Positions 40,838 to 49,701 of a stretch of DNA of 64,000 nt are shown here, piece by piece (the stretch's first letter is position 1; each line of letters opens with the position of its first letter). The position numbers and the translations under genes are program-made. The notes beneath the pieces were generated by a model. The model was not told where the DNA came from, made no database searches, and saw only the letters and a program-made list of their open reading frames with translations. The DNA comes from Alphaproteobacteria bacterium (GTDB lineage Bacteria > Pseudomonadota > Alphaproteobacteria > RF32 > CAG-239): the NCBI GenBank assembly GCA_045611785.1, contig JAZKXV010000012.1:82916-146915 (forward strand), given 5' to 3'.

Positions 40838-41587
40838 TTCTTTAATTATAAGTTGTTGCATAACATAGTTTGCCATCATAAAACCGAAAATTGCCGTAAT
40901 TGTAGGTAAAGAACCTAAAATTTGCTTTCCGCCATTTTCATTAGGCTGTATGGCTGTTGATAACAAATTGCTTTGTTCATCTGAAAAAACACATTTTACT
41001 TTTTTCAAATCTGTTCCCTGTTTTTTTAAGTTTTGCCTGATGGTTCTTGCCATAGAGCAATTTTGTGTCTGATTAAGAGTTGTAATTTTAATTGCGCTTG
41101 CATCTATTCTTAGCGCCGCCCCCATTGATGATATAAAATTAATATTTCCCTCAACCATAGCTCTAATCAACTTACATTTTTGTTTAATACTATCTATTGC
41201 ATCAATAATATAATCTGGCTTATAAGATAACAGATTCTCAATATTGTCTTCATCTACAAAACAATCTACAATATCAACTATGCAATCAGGATTAATCTGC
41301 TTAACTCTTTCAAGTGCCACATCTGTTTTTTTCCTTCCAACACTAGCCATTGTAGCCAATATTTGACGATTAATATTAGTTTCATCAAAGCTATCAAAAT
41401 CTACCAAAACCAAATGTCCGACACCAACTCTGGCCATAGCCTCAAGTGCATAACCTCCAACAGCGCCCAATCCGATAATCATTACTGTCGAGTTTTTAAT
41501 ATTATTCATTCCTTTTGCGCCGATTAAGGCTTCTGTCCTGACAAATCTCTTATTTTCCATTTTCAACAAACTCCGTTGCGTTAGCAT
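40835..41587 (-). CDS. tcdA: ThiF/MoeB-family E1-like protein, tRNA threonylcarbamoyladenosine dehydratase TcdA-like.
   Basis: Rossmann GLGAVGG motif and ThiF-family core without a rhodanese domain. 250 aa. Confidence 0.75.
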   Translation of the reverse strand: MLTQRSLLKMENKRFVRTEALIGAKGMNNIKNSTVMIIGLGAVGGYALEAMARVGVGHLVLVDFDSFDETNINRQILATMASVGRKKTDVALERVKQINPDCIVDIVDCFVDEDNIENLLSYKPDYIIDAIDSIKQKCKLIRAMVEGNINFISSMGAALRIDASAIKITTLNQTQNCSMARTIRQNLKKQGTDLKKVKCVFSDEQSNLLSTAIQPNENGGKQILGSLPTITAIFGFMMANYVMQQLIIKE

Positions 41588-42269
41588 ACAAACGTTTTAT
41601 TAAAACTTCAAGTTTTTCGTTGCAAATAACAGACAAGCTTTCAATAAAAGCATCTAAATCTTCAACTTGGCTTTGATAAGGTGCATCTGTTTCCAGAAGC
41701 AATCTGTTTATATCAAGAGCCAAAACAAAATCATTTATTTGCTTATTTTTCAAAACCTTTTTATTAAACGCAACATATCCGCCATTATTTAATACTTTTT
41801 TCAATAAATTTGTTCTGGCATTAAAAGAATGAAACACAAATTTTGACGGTAACAATTTCCATACATCATTTAGCCACTCATCAGCCTTAACGGCGTGAAT
41901 AATTAACCCCTTATTATATTTTCTTGCTAAATTTATTTGCGATAAAAAAACATCTTTTTGCGTAGCATAATCGACAGCTTTTAATCGATCAAAACCGCAT
42001 TCTCCAACTAACGATGATGGATATTTACTCAAATAAAACTCTAACTCATTTTGCCAACCAGATTGCACCGCATTTGCATACCATGGATGCAAACCAAACG
42101 AAGGGATTACAATATCTGCATATTTTTCATACAGATTAGCCACCTTTTCCCAATCAGATTGCTTAGCACTAACACAAATACATTTACGTATTTTAGCATT
42201 TTCAAGCATTGATAAAATTTCAGTTTTTTTAAAATCTTGCAAATGTATATGAGTATCGAAATAAACCAT
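41550..42269 (-). CDS. TatD-family hydrolase (second paralog, YjjV/YcfH-like).
   Basis: VYFDTHIHL N-terminal motif and conserved His/Glu/Asp ligands. 239 aa. Confidence 0.75.
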   Translation of the reverse strand: MVYFDTHIHLQDFKKTEILSMLENAKIRKCICVSAKQSDWEKVANLYEKYADIVIPSFGLHPWYANAVQSGWQNELEFYLSKYPSSLVGECGFDRLKAVDYATQKDVFLSQINLARKYNKGLIIHAVKADEWLNDVWKLLPSKFVFHSFNARTNLLKKVLNNGGYVAFNKKVLKNKQINDFVLALDINRLLLETDAPYQSQVEDLDAFIESLSVICNEKLEVLIKRLYANATEFVENGK

Positions 42270-42323
42270 AAAAAAACCTCTCTTTATATATAATAAGAGA
42301 GATTTTATTTTTTACAAGCTAAT

Positions 42324-42986
42324 TTAAATCAGTTTTATAAGTTCTTTTATCATATTATCAGCGCCTTCACACACTTCTTTAATAGATTGAGCCAACATAT
42401 ACGCAGGTGTCGTTACCACCTTATGAATTTCATCAACACACACTCCGATAGCTCCCACATTTTCATGAATTGCGCCGGTTTTAGTTACAGATGCCGCAAC
42501 TTGCTCATCATTACCAATTGTAACCTTAACACCTTCTGATCCCAAAACCTTTGCAATCAAAACCGGAGCTATACACATTGCTCCGATAGGCAATCCTTTT
42601 TTATAACTATCCCAAATAGCTTTTCTGATAGATGTTTCCACCTGACAACTAACTCCGCTAACAGAAAAATCGCACCAATTAATAACGGCACCGATTCCTC
42701 CCGGAAAAACTATTGCATCAAAATCCTCAGGTCTAAACTCGTTCAAACTTTTGATATCTCCTCTGGCAATTCTTGCAGATTCAACCAAAACATTTCTTTC
42801 TTGATCAACTTTTTCGCCTGTTATATGGTTAACAACCATGGCTTGTTTTATATCTGGAGCAAAACATTGATATGTAGAATTAAGACAATCAATTGCAAGC
42901 ATAGCACATGTAGATTCATGAATTTCAGAACCGTCTGCACGACCGCAACCGGAAAGAACTATAGCAAAACGAAAACTTTTTTTCAT
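42324..42986 (-). CDS. elbB: DJ-1/PfpI-family isoprenoid-biosynthesis glyoxalase ElbB.
   Basis: Close in sequence to E. coli ElbB (IVLSGCG..DGSEIHE, CFAPD, TTPAYMLAQ). 220 aa. Confidence 0.85.
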   Translation of the reverse strand: MKKSFRFAIVLSGCGRADGSEIHESTCAMLAIDCLNSTYQCFAPDIKQAMVVNHITGEKVDQERNVLVESARIARGDIKSLNEFRPEDFDAIVFPGGIGAVINWCDFSVSGVSCQVETSIRKAIWDSYKKGLPIGAMCIAPVLIAKVLGSEGVKVTIGNDEQVAASVTKTGAIHENVGAIGVCVDEIHKVVTTPAYMLAQSIKEVCEGADNMIKELIKLI

Positions 42987-43075
42987 ATTTTTTTGTCCTT
43001 TAAAAAATTATAGTTGATTTATAGTATATGCGGAATATAATACTGTCAATTAAGATTTTAAACAGGACATATAAC

Positions 43076-44332
43076 ATGCAACATCAACAAACCATTTTAG
43101 AAAACGGATTAAGAATTATTACTGCCGAGCGTCCGCAAAGCGAAACAGTATCTTTGGGTATATGGGTTAACACAGGCTCTGCTTATGAAACCGAAGATAT
43201 AAACGGAGTATCACATTTTGTAGAGCACATGGTGTTCAAAGGATCTAAAAAAAGAAATTCGATTCAAATTTCTGAAGAAATAGAAAATGTCGGTGGCCAA
43301 AACAATGCATATACATCCAGAGAATTTACAGCCTTTTATGCTAAAATGCTTAAAAACGATGTTGAGTTAGCACTAGACGTTATTGCAGATTTTATCTTAA
43401 ACCCTACATTTCCTCTTGATGAAATGATAAAAGAAAAAGAAGTAGTGGTTCAAGAAATTAAACAATCAATAGATACTCCTGATGATGTTATTTTTGATTA
43501 TTTTCAAGAAACCGCATTTCCTAACCAACCTTTAGGTAGAACAATTTTAGGACCGAAAGAAAATGTCAGAGCTTTTACTCCTGAAATTATACAAGCTTAC
43601 ATGAAAACAAACTATGCAGCAAACAACACTGTAGTTGTTGCTGTTGGTAACGTTAAGCATGAAAACTTTGTAAACATGGTAAAAGCCAGAATGAGTAATT
43701 ATCAAGCACAAACCTCATTTAAAATTGCACAACAAGTATATAGCGGAGGCCATTATCAAGAAGTTCGTCCAATTGAACAAGCTCACGTCTTAATCGGATA
43801 TAAAGGCGTTGAATATAAAAACCCACTATATTATCCTATCAGCATCTTCTCAACAATTTTCGGCGGAGGAATGTCTTCAAGATTGTTCCAAGAAATTCGA
43901 GAAAAAAGAGGTTTGGTGTATAGCGTATACTCATACCATTCTTCCCAAACATCTACAGGATTGTTCGGAATTTATGCAGGAACATCGGCTGACCAATTAA
44001 ACACCCTCATTCCGGTTATTGCCGATGAAATTAAAAAAACTCTAAATGAAAAAGTTACCGATAAAGAATTAAATAGAGCAAAAGTTCAATTAAAAGCAAG
44101 TATGTTAATGGCTCTTGAAAGCTCTTCATCTACAGCTGAAGTAATTGCAAGACAAATGCTTTTACACAACAGGGTTATTCCAACAGAAGAAATTGTTGCA
44201 AAAATTGATAATGTTACCAAAGACGACATATTAAAAGCAGCCCAAACACTCTTCTCATCTAACCCGACATACGCTCTTTTAGGCGACTTAAAAGAATATC
44301 CCGATTATGAAAAACTAAAATCATACTTCTAA
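43076..44332 (+). CDS. M16-family zinc peptidase (pitrilysin / processing-peptidase-like).
   Basis: Inverted zinc motif HFVEHMVFKGS (HxxEH) with downstream Glu ligands. Start chosen at MQHQQT; the tracked ORF starts at 43028. Confidence 0.85.
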   Translation: MQHQQTILENGLRIITAERPQSETVSLGIWVNTGSAYETEDINGVSHFVEHMVFKGSKKRNSIQISEEIENVGGQNNAYTSREFTAFYAKMLKNDVELALDVIADFILNPTFPLDEMIKEKEVVVQEIKQSIDTPDDVIFDYFQETAFPNQPLGRTILGPKENVRAFTPEIIQAYMKTNYAANNTVVVAVGNVKHENFVNMVKARMSNYQAQTSFKIAQQVYSGGHYQEVRPIEQAHVLIGYKGVEYKNPLYYPISIFSTIFGGGMSSRLFQEIREKRGLVYSVYSYHSSQTSTGLFGIYAGTSADQLNTLIPVIADEIKKTLNEKVTDKELNRAKVQLKASMLMALESSSSTAEVIARQMLLHNRVIPTEEIVAKIDNVTKDDILKAAQTLFSSNPTYALLGDLKEYPDYEKLKSYF

Positions 44333-44348
44333 ACGCTTCTTAATAAAA

Positions 44349-44377
44349 GCCACCTAAACAACCGGTGGTTTTTTTAT
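44349..44377 (+). terminator. Rho-independent terminator after the M16 peptidase gene.
   Basis: gccacc...ggtggt hairpin followed by a T7 run. Confidence 0.55.
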
Positions 44378-44490
44378 TTTTTCAATAATGTTACACTAAT
44401 ATTACAATTAAGTGTTAAAAGTTTTTTTACTTGAAAAGATAAAAATAAAGTTTATGATTTAGGTATAACTTAAGTTGCAGGAGAATTATC

Positions 44491-46785
44491 ATGAAAAAAT
44501 TAGGTTTGTTATGCTTAATCTTGAGCGGACTTTACTCAAGCATGTCTGAAGCTCGAGTTTGTTTTTTAGCCGATCCTCGTTGTGGATCAGGATATGATGA
44601 GTTTTCGTTCAGTTGTAAGGATTCCTTAAGACCTGAGTGGATTCATGAAAAAGATTTATTGCCATCAAAAAGTTATGATGAAATATGTAGAGATGATACT
44701 GATGTATATTATATAGATGCTGGTTGCGATACCGAAGAGGGCTGGGTAGATATAAATAACATAGGAAATAAATATGTATGCGCATCTGAAGTGATAGATG
44801 GATGTTGTAATGAAAAAAAATGCTCTTCAAAATATACCACCTGCAGTTCTCCTACTATTGGCGGCGGTGATAAATGTACAGAAACAAATACAAAATATTA
44901 TGTAAATGGTAGCCCTTACAAATATAGCAAATGCGTTTGCGATGAAAATAAATACCCTTATAGCAGTGCAAATTGCAACAGAAGCACACACAACTTAACC
45001 GGCGAAAAATGTGAAGGAGATAACGGCACATTTTGGACTATGTGTAAAAAGAAATGCGATTTCTCAAGTGAAAAATCATGTACAAATTCTGTATCAAACT
45101 CTAAATGCGAAAAAAATAATTCTGATGGATGTTGGTATATATCAGGCTGTATTGATGGATACAAATTACAAAACGGCGTATGTGTAAGCACTTGTACACA
45201 CACAACGCAAGAATCTTGTCAAAAGCAATATACCCACTCTGAATGTAAAGCTGACGACAAAGGATGTTTTGTTCCTTATACTTGCAAATCTTCATATGTT
45301 AACTCTTGCGGTGATAAATACGATTTAACAAACACCGATGGTAACAATTGCGGCGTTTGTACAACTAAAGACTGCTCTAAATATATTGATTGCAGCAAAT
45401 TTGAAGATTTGGTAGGAAAAGGAAAATCTTGTACCAATGCTCAAGGCACCTTTTGGGAAAAATGTGAAGTTCCGGAAAAATGTTATGTGGTTAACACTTC
45501 AGACCCTGCATACACAGCAAATGGAGGAAATTGTGAAATTGTAACAACAGAAGCATCAGCAAAAACATATTTAAACAACGGATATTATGCTGTTGAAACT
45601 TGCCAACCTGTAGATACCAGTGCAAAACCTCTTGTAAGGCTCCACAAATGCGAAAGTTCAACACTTGATTGCTTAGGTAATTATCCTAACGTTTACAATG
45701 CTACTACTGGAGGTTGTTTAAACTCAAATGATGGCAAAGCAAAAACTTGCGGTGGCAAAACATATGCAACTGAATGTAAATGCAACAATAATAATGATGA
45801 AACCTTATGTAGAGTTTTTGAAATTACCGATAGTATCAAACAAGAATACAAAACTAATAGTTATGCTTCAACGAAATATCTAGGAAACACTTATATCTAT
45901 CAAGGAGATATCAAGGAAGGTTGTGAAAACTTTGATAAAAAATATGGATATTTTGCAACATGCTCATCTAACGGCACAAACTATTGCGATAAAAATAGAG
46001 GACCACTTTTCCCTGACTATCCTTATGCTTGTTCGACATCTGAAGTATGTGATGGAAAATCTATAGAATGCGGAGATTACACATATTGTTCTCAAAAATG
46101 TACCGATATTTCAGAAAAAGATCCTTGTGAAAAATATAATACATATTCTCACACAGGAAGTGTGAGTTGCAAAGTAGCAAAAGCTGGCTCTAGTATATCT
46201 TTTTACAGAGAAGTAGGAATTGTTCCTGAAACTAAAAACTCATCTGTTCAATGTGCATATTTCACATCTTGCACCACTTCTGCAAATTGCTCAAAAATTG
46301 GCATTACAGAAAGCGGAATACCAGCAGGATATCAAAGTTGTTACAACGTACCTGATAATGCTAACACACTAACATGTGGCGGTTATTCATATGCAAGCAG
46401 TTGTTGCGAATTCTTATCTAACTGCCAAGTCACAACTGATAAATCCAGACTTGAGAAAAACTTAACCAAAGGATATTATCAAGTTAATGTATCAGGCGTG
46501 GATTCAGGGTGTTACTACTATGCATCATGCACTGCTGACACTAAAGATTGTGCAGGTAACTATGCTCCGGCCAGAGGTGCCGTTGCAAAATCAAATTGTA
46601 GCACGTATGCTCCTGAGGACTACTTCACATGTGGCGGCAAAGAATATGTTAGAGATTGCTTAGCTGAATGTGCATATGATAAAACTGAAGAAGAATGCAG
46701 TGCAATAGGCAAAAAATTTAACCTTAAATGCTACAAAAAAGGTGAAAAGGGTAAAAACGACCTTAAATTAGGTGAATGCGTTTAA
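44491..46785 (+). CDS. Secreted cysteine-rich repeat protein (764 aa).
   Basis: Signal peptide MKKLGLLCLILSGLYSSMSEA. About 12% Cys, arranged in recurring spacing modules (C..GTFW..C, CGG.xY...C.C). Low complexity rich in N/K/T/Y. Own terminators downstream. Confidence 0.7.
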   Translation: MKKLGLLCLILSGLYSSMSEARVCFLADPRCGSGYDEFSFSCKDSLRPEWIHEKDLLPSKSYDEICRDDTDVYYIDAGCDTEEGWVDINNIGNKYVCASEVIDGCCNEKKCSSKYTTCSSPTIGGGDKCTETNTKYYVNGSPYKYSKCVCDENKYPYSSANCNRSTHNLTGEKCEGDNGTFWTMCKKKCDFSSEKSCTNSVSNSKCEKNNSDGCWYISGCIDGYKLQNGVCVSTCTHTTQESCQKQYTHSECKADDKGCFVPYTCKSSYVNSCGDKYDLTNTDGNNCGVCTTKDCSKYIDCSKFEDLVGKGKSCTNAQGTFWEKCEVPEKCYVVNTSDPAYTANGGNCEIVTTEASAKTYLNNGYYAVETCQPVDTSAKPLVRLHKCESSTLDCLGNYPNVYNATTGGCLNSNDGKAKTCGGKTYATECKCNNNNDETLCRVFEITDSIKQEYKTNSYASTKYLGNTYIYQGDIKEGCENFDKKYGYFATCSSNGTNYCDKNRGPLFPDYPYACSTSEVCDGKSIECGDYTYCSQKCTDISEKDPCEKYNTYSHTGSVSCKVAKAGSSISFYREVGIVPETKNSSVQCAYFTSCTTSANCSKIGITESGIPAGYQSCYNVPDNANTLTCGGYSYASSCCEFLSNCQVTTDKSRLEKNLTKGYYQVNVSGVDSGCYYYASCTADTKDCAGNYAPARGAVAKSNCSTYAPEDYFTCGGKEYVRDCLAECAYDKTEEECSAIGKKFNLKCYKKGEKGKNDLKLGECV

Positions 46786-46816
46786 TTCTTAAAATCTATA
46801 ACAACCTCAAAAAGAA

Positions 46817-46848
46817 AGCTCCGGCATAATAATCGGAGCTTTTGTTTG
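46817..46848 (+). terminator. Rho-independent terminator after the Cys-rich protein gene.
   Basis: agctccg-gcataataat-cggagct followed by tttgtttg. Confidence 0.6.
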
Positions 46849-47016
46849 TATATTTGAACAAACACTTGTTACCAAACCAATTAAAAAGTTATGATAAATC
46901 AAATATAAAAACACCTGTTATCAATATAATATATATGTTAATAATAAAAAAAGTGCTTGATTTTATTTTTTTTTATGATATGTTCCTAGTATCTTTCATA
47001 ATAACAACACTTGGAA

Positions 47017-47045
47017 GTGGGGTAAAAACCCCGCTTCTTTTTTTA
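47017..47045 (+). terminator. Terminator/attenuator-like hairpin in the rimP leader.
   Basis: gtgggg-uaaaaa-ccccgc hairpin followed by ttcttttttt, ending 15 nt before the rimP ATG. Confidence 0.45.
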
Positions 47046-47059
47046 GAAAAGAAAAGAAA

Positions 47060-47563
47060 ATGCAAAAGCACCATTTACAAGATATGTTAGAACCAGTTAT
47101 TGACCAGCTCGGATACGAAACGATTCGTATCATAACCATTGGTCAAGTAAATCCTACATTACAGGTTATGATTGATGTTAAAGATTATAGCCGCGAAATT
47201 AATGTAGAAGATTGTGCAAAAGTAAGCCGTGCATTATCTGCCGTATTAGATGAGAATGACCCTATTAAAGATAAATATTCTTTAGAAGTTAGTTCTCCCG
47301 GACTTGATAGACCGCTTACAAAACCTGAACACTTTGCTCGTTTCAAAGATTATGTTATAAAAGTTGAAACAATAAACGAAGTTGAAAAGCGTAAAAGAAT
47401 AAAAGGCTTAAATTTAGGTCTTAACGAAAACAACCACATCCGTATTGATATGGATGGCAAAGAATATGTAGTTGCATTTGATAATATTGCCAAAGCAAAA
47501 ATAGTTATAACTGATGAGCTTTGGGAAAAATATCAAGCAGAGCATGAAATTATCGAACTTTAA
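47060..47563 (+). CDS. rimP: Ribosome maturation factor RimP.
   Basis: 167 aa with RimP fold residues (EVSSPGLDRPL) and the conserved position upstream of nusA. Confidence 0.85.
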   Translation: MQKHHLQDMLEPVIDQLGYETIRIITIGQVNPTLQVMIDVKDYSREINVEDCAKVSRALSAVLDENDPIKDKYSLEVSSPGLDRPLTKPEHFARFKDYVIKVETINEVEKRKRIKGLNLGLNENNHIRIDMDGKEYVVAFDNIAKAKIVITDELWEKYQAEHEIIEL

Positions 47564-47586
47564 TTTTTTAATTAATGAGGAATAAA

Positions 47587-49107
47587 ATGGAAAATCTTGA
47601 AAACATGCCCAGACCGGAAATTGTATTGGTAGCAGACACAGTTGCCAGAGAAAAAAACATTGATAAAGAAGATGTTTTTGTTGCTATGGAAATAGCAATT
47701 CAAAAAGCCGGCCGTTCTCGTTATGGTTTTGAACATGACATTAGAGCAAACATTGACCGTAAAACAGGTGCAATCGCATTATCCAGATACCGTGAAGTTG
47801 TAGCTGATGATGCTGAAATTGAAAATGAAGCTGCTCAATTAAGATTAAAAGATGCAAAATGTTACAATAAGGACATTGAAATAGGCGAGTTTATTATTGA
47901 TCCATTACCACCTATTGATTTTGGACGTATTGCAGCTCAAACAGCAAAACAAGTTATTGTTCAAAAAGTTCGTGATGCTGAACGTAATCGTCAATATGAA
48001 GAATACAAAGAAAAAATCGGCACAATTGTTAACGGAACCGTTAAACGTGCTGAGTTTGGTAACGTAGTATTAGATATTGGTAAAACAGAAGCTATTTTAC
48101 GCCGTGATGAAATTATACCAAGAGAAAAATTCAAAAATGGTGACCGTGTTAGAGCATATGTATTAGACGTAAGACGTGAAAACAGAGGTCCTCAAATTTT
48201 CTTATCTCGCACCTGCCCTGAATTTATGGCAAAATTGTTTACATCTGAAGTTCCTGAAATTTATGATGGCATTGTTCAAATTATGGGCGTTGCACGTGAT
48301 CCCGGTTCTAAAGCAAAAATTGCTGTAAAAGCAAATGACGTAACAATTGATCCTGTTGGTGCATGTGTTGGTTTAAGAGGTATCAGAGTACAAGCTATTG
48401 TAACAGAATTACAAGGCGAAAAAATTGATATCGTACCATACTCTGAAGATAAGGCTCAATATTTAGTAGCTGCTCTTGCTCCTGCTGAAGTAACAAAAGT
48501 AGTTATCGATGAAGAAAATTCTCGTATGGAAGCTGTTGTTCCTCAAGAACAATTCTCAATTGCAATTGGAAGACGTGGTCAAAACGTTAAACTTGCATCA
48601 CAACTTTTAGGTGCAGATATTGACGTATTAACTGAAGAGCAAGAACAAGAACGCAGAGCAAACGAAAACAAAGTTCGTTCAGAACGCTTTATGGAAGCTC
48701 TTGATGTCGATGATATGATTGCTCACTTACTTATTGCTGAAGGTTTCTCTAACATTGATGAAATCGCATTTGTTGATTTGAAAGAATTAGCAGAAATCGA
48801 AGGCTTTGATGAAGATGTTGCAACAGAATTACAAAATCGTGCAAAAGAATTTGTTGAAAAACGCAACAAAGATTTTGCTAAGAAAAGTAAAGACTTAGGC
48901 ATCGATGAAGGCTTAAAAACCATTGATGGATTAGACCAAGATATGATTATTAAATTAGCAGAAAATGAAATCAAAAATCTTGATGATTTAGCTGATTTAG
49001 CTGCTGATGAATTAATTGATATTTTAGGTGAAAATACATTAACACAAGTTGAAGCCAACCGCATCATTATGGCTGCTCGTGAACACTGGTTTGCTGATGA
49101 AGAATAA
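47587..49107 (+). CDS. nusA: Transcription termination/antitermination factor NusA (with C-terminal acidic repeat domains).
   Basis: N-terminal domain, S1 and KH1/KH2 (GACVGLRGIRVQAI; AIGRRGQNVKLASQL) and two C-terminal HhH acidic repeats. Start at MENLEN with GAGGAA SD; the tracked ORF starts at 47575. Confidence 0.95.
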   Translation: MENLENMPRPEIVLVADTVAREKNIDKEDVFVAMEIAIQKAGRSRYGFEHDIRANIDRKTGAIALSRYREVVADDAEIENEAAQLRLKDAKCYNKDIEIGEFIIDPLPPIDFGRIAAQTAKQVIVQKVRDAERNRQYEEYKEKIGTIVNGTVKRAEFGNVVLDIGKTEAILRRDEIIPREKFKNGDRVRAYVLDVRRENRGPQIFLSRTCPEFMAKLFTSEVPEIYDGIVQIMGVARDPGSKAKIAVKANDVTIDPVGACVGLRGIRVQAIVTELQGEKIDIVPYSEDKAQYLVAALAPAEVTKVVIDEENSRMEAVVPQEQFSIAIGRRGQNVKLASQLLGADIDVLTEEQEQERRANENKVRSERFMEALDVDDMIAHLLIAEGFSNIDEIAFVDLKELAEIEGFDEDVATELQNRAKEFVEKRNKDFAKKSKDLGIDEGLKTIDGLDQDMIIKLAENEIKNLDDLADLAADELIDILGENTLTQVEANRIIMAAREHWFADEE

Positions 49108-49116
49108 GAGATAGCA

Positions 49117-49683
49117 ATGGAAAAAGAGACAGACAGAAAGTGTATTGCCACAGGGCAAATTAAACCAAAAGACGAACTGTTAAGGTTTGTTAAAACACCT
49201 GACAATCGTTTAGTACCGGACTTTAATAAAAAGCTTGAAGGCCGCGGACTGTATGTCTCTAATTCTAAAAAAGCATTAAAAACTGCTTTAGATAAAAACT
49301 TATTTATTAAATCAATTCACCTTCATTTAAAAATTGAAGATAATTTTTTAACTATGGTGGAACAACTTTTATATAAGAGAGGTTTGGATTCTATAAATCT
49401 GGCACGCAAGGCTGGCGCACTTGTTACCGGTTTTGAAAAAGTAAAAGAGAAAATTTTAAAAAACAAAGTAGCTTTTCTGATTGAAGCAAATAATGCTGGT
49501 CAGGATGGTGTTCAAAAAATCAGAGCGATATCTGGAAACTTAGAAGTTATAAAATGTTATAACGTTGAAGATTTAGATACAGCAATGAACAAAGTAAATA
49601 CGGTACATGTTGCAGTATTAAAAAGCGACATTGCTAAGATGGTTTATGAAAATTTGAAAAGATATCAAACTTTTCTTGATTAA
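49117..49683 (+). CDS. YlxR(DUF448)-family RNA-binding protein fused to an L7Ae-like domain.
   Basis: RKCIATGQIKPKDELLRFV motif and C-terminal L7Ae-like segment. Canonical position between nusA and infB. Confidence 0.8.
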   Translation: MEKETDRKCIATGQIKPKDELLRFVKTPDNRLVPDFNKKLEGRGLYVSNSKKALKTALDKNLFIKSIHLHLKIEDNFLTMVEQLLYKRGLDSINLARKAGALVTGFEKVKEKILKNKVAFLIEANNAGQDGVQKIRAISGNLEVIKCYNVEDLDTAMNKVNTVHVAVLKSDIAKMVYENLKRYQTFLD

Positions 49684-49701
49684 ATGTGGAGATAAAAACA
49701 T

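Noticed and set aside
46842-47090. 82-aa ORF between the Cys-rich gene and rimP.
   Set aside because: It spans two terminator hairpins and AT-rich leader and overlaps the rimP start. Judged non-coding leader DNA.
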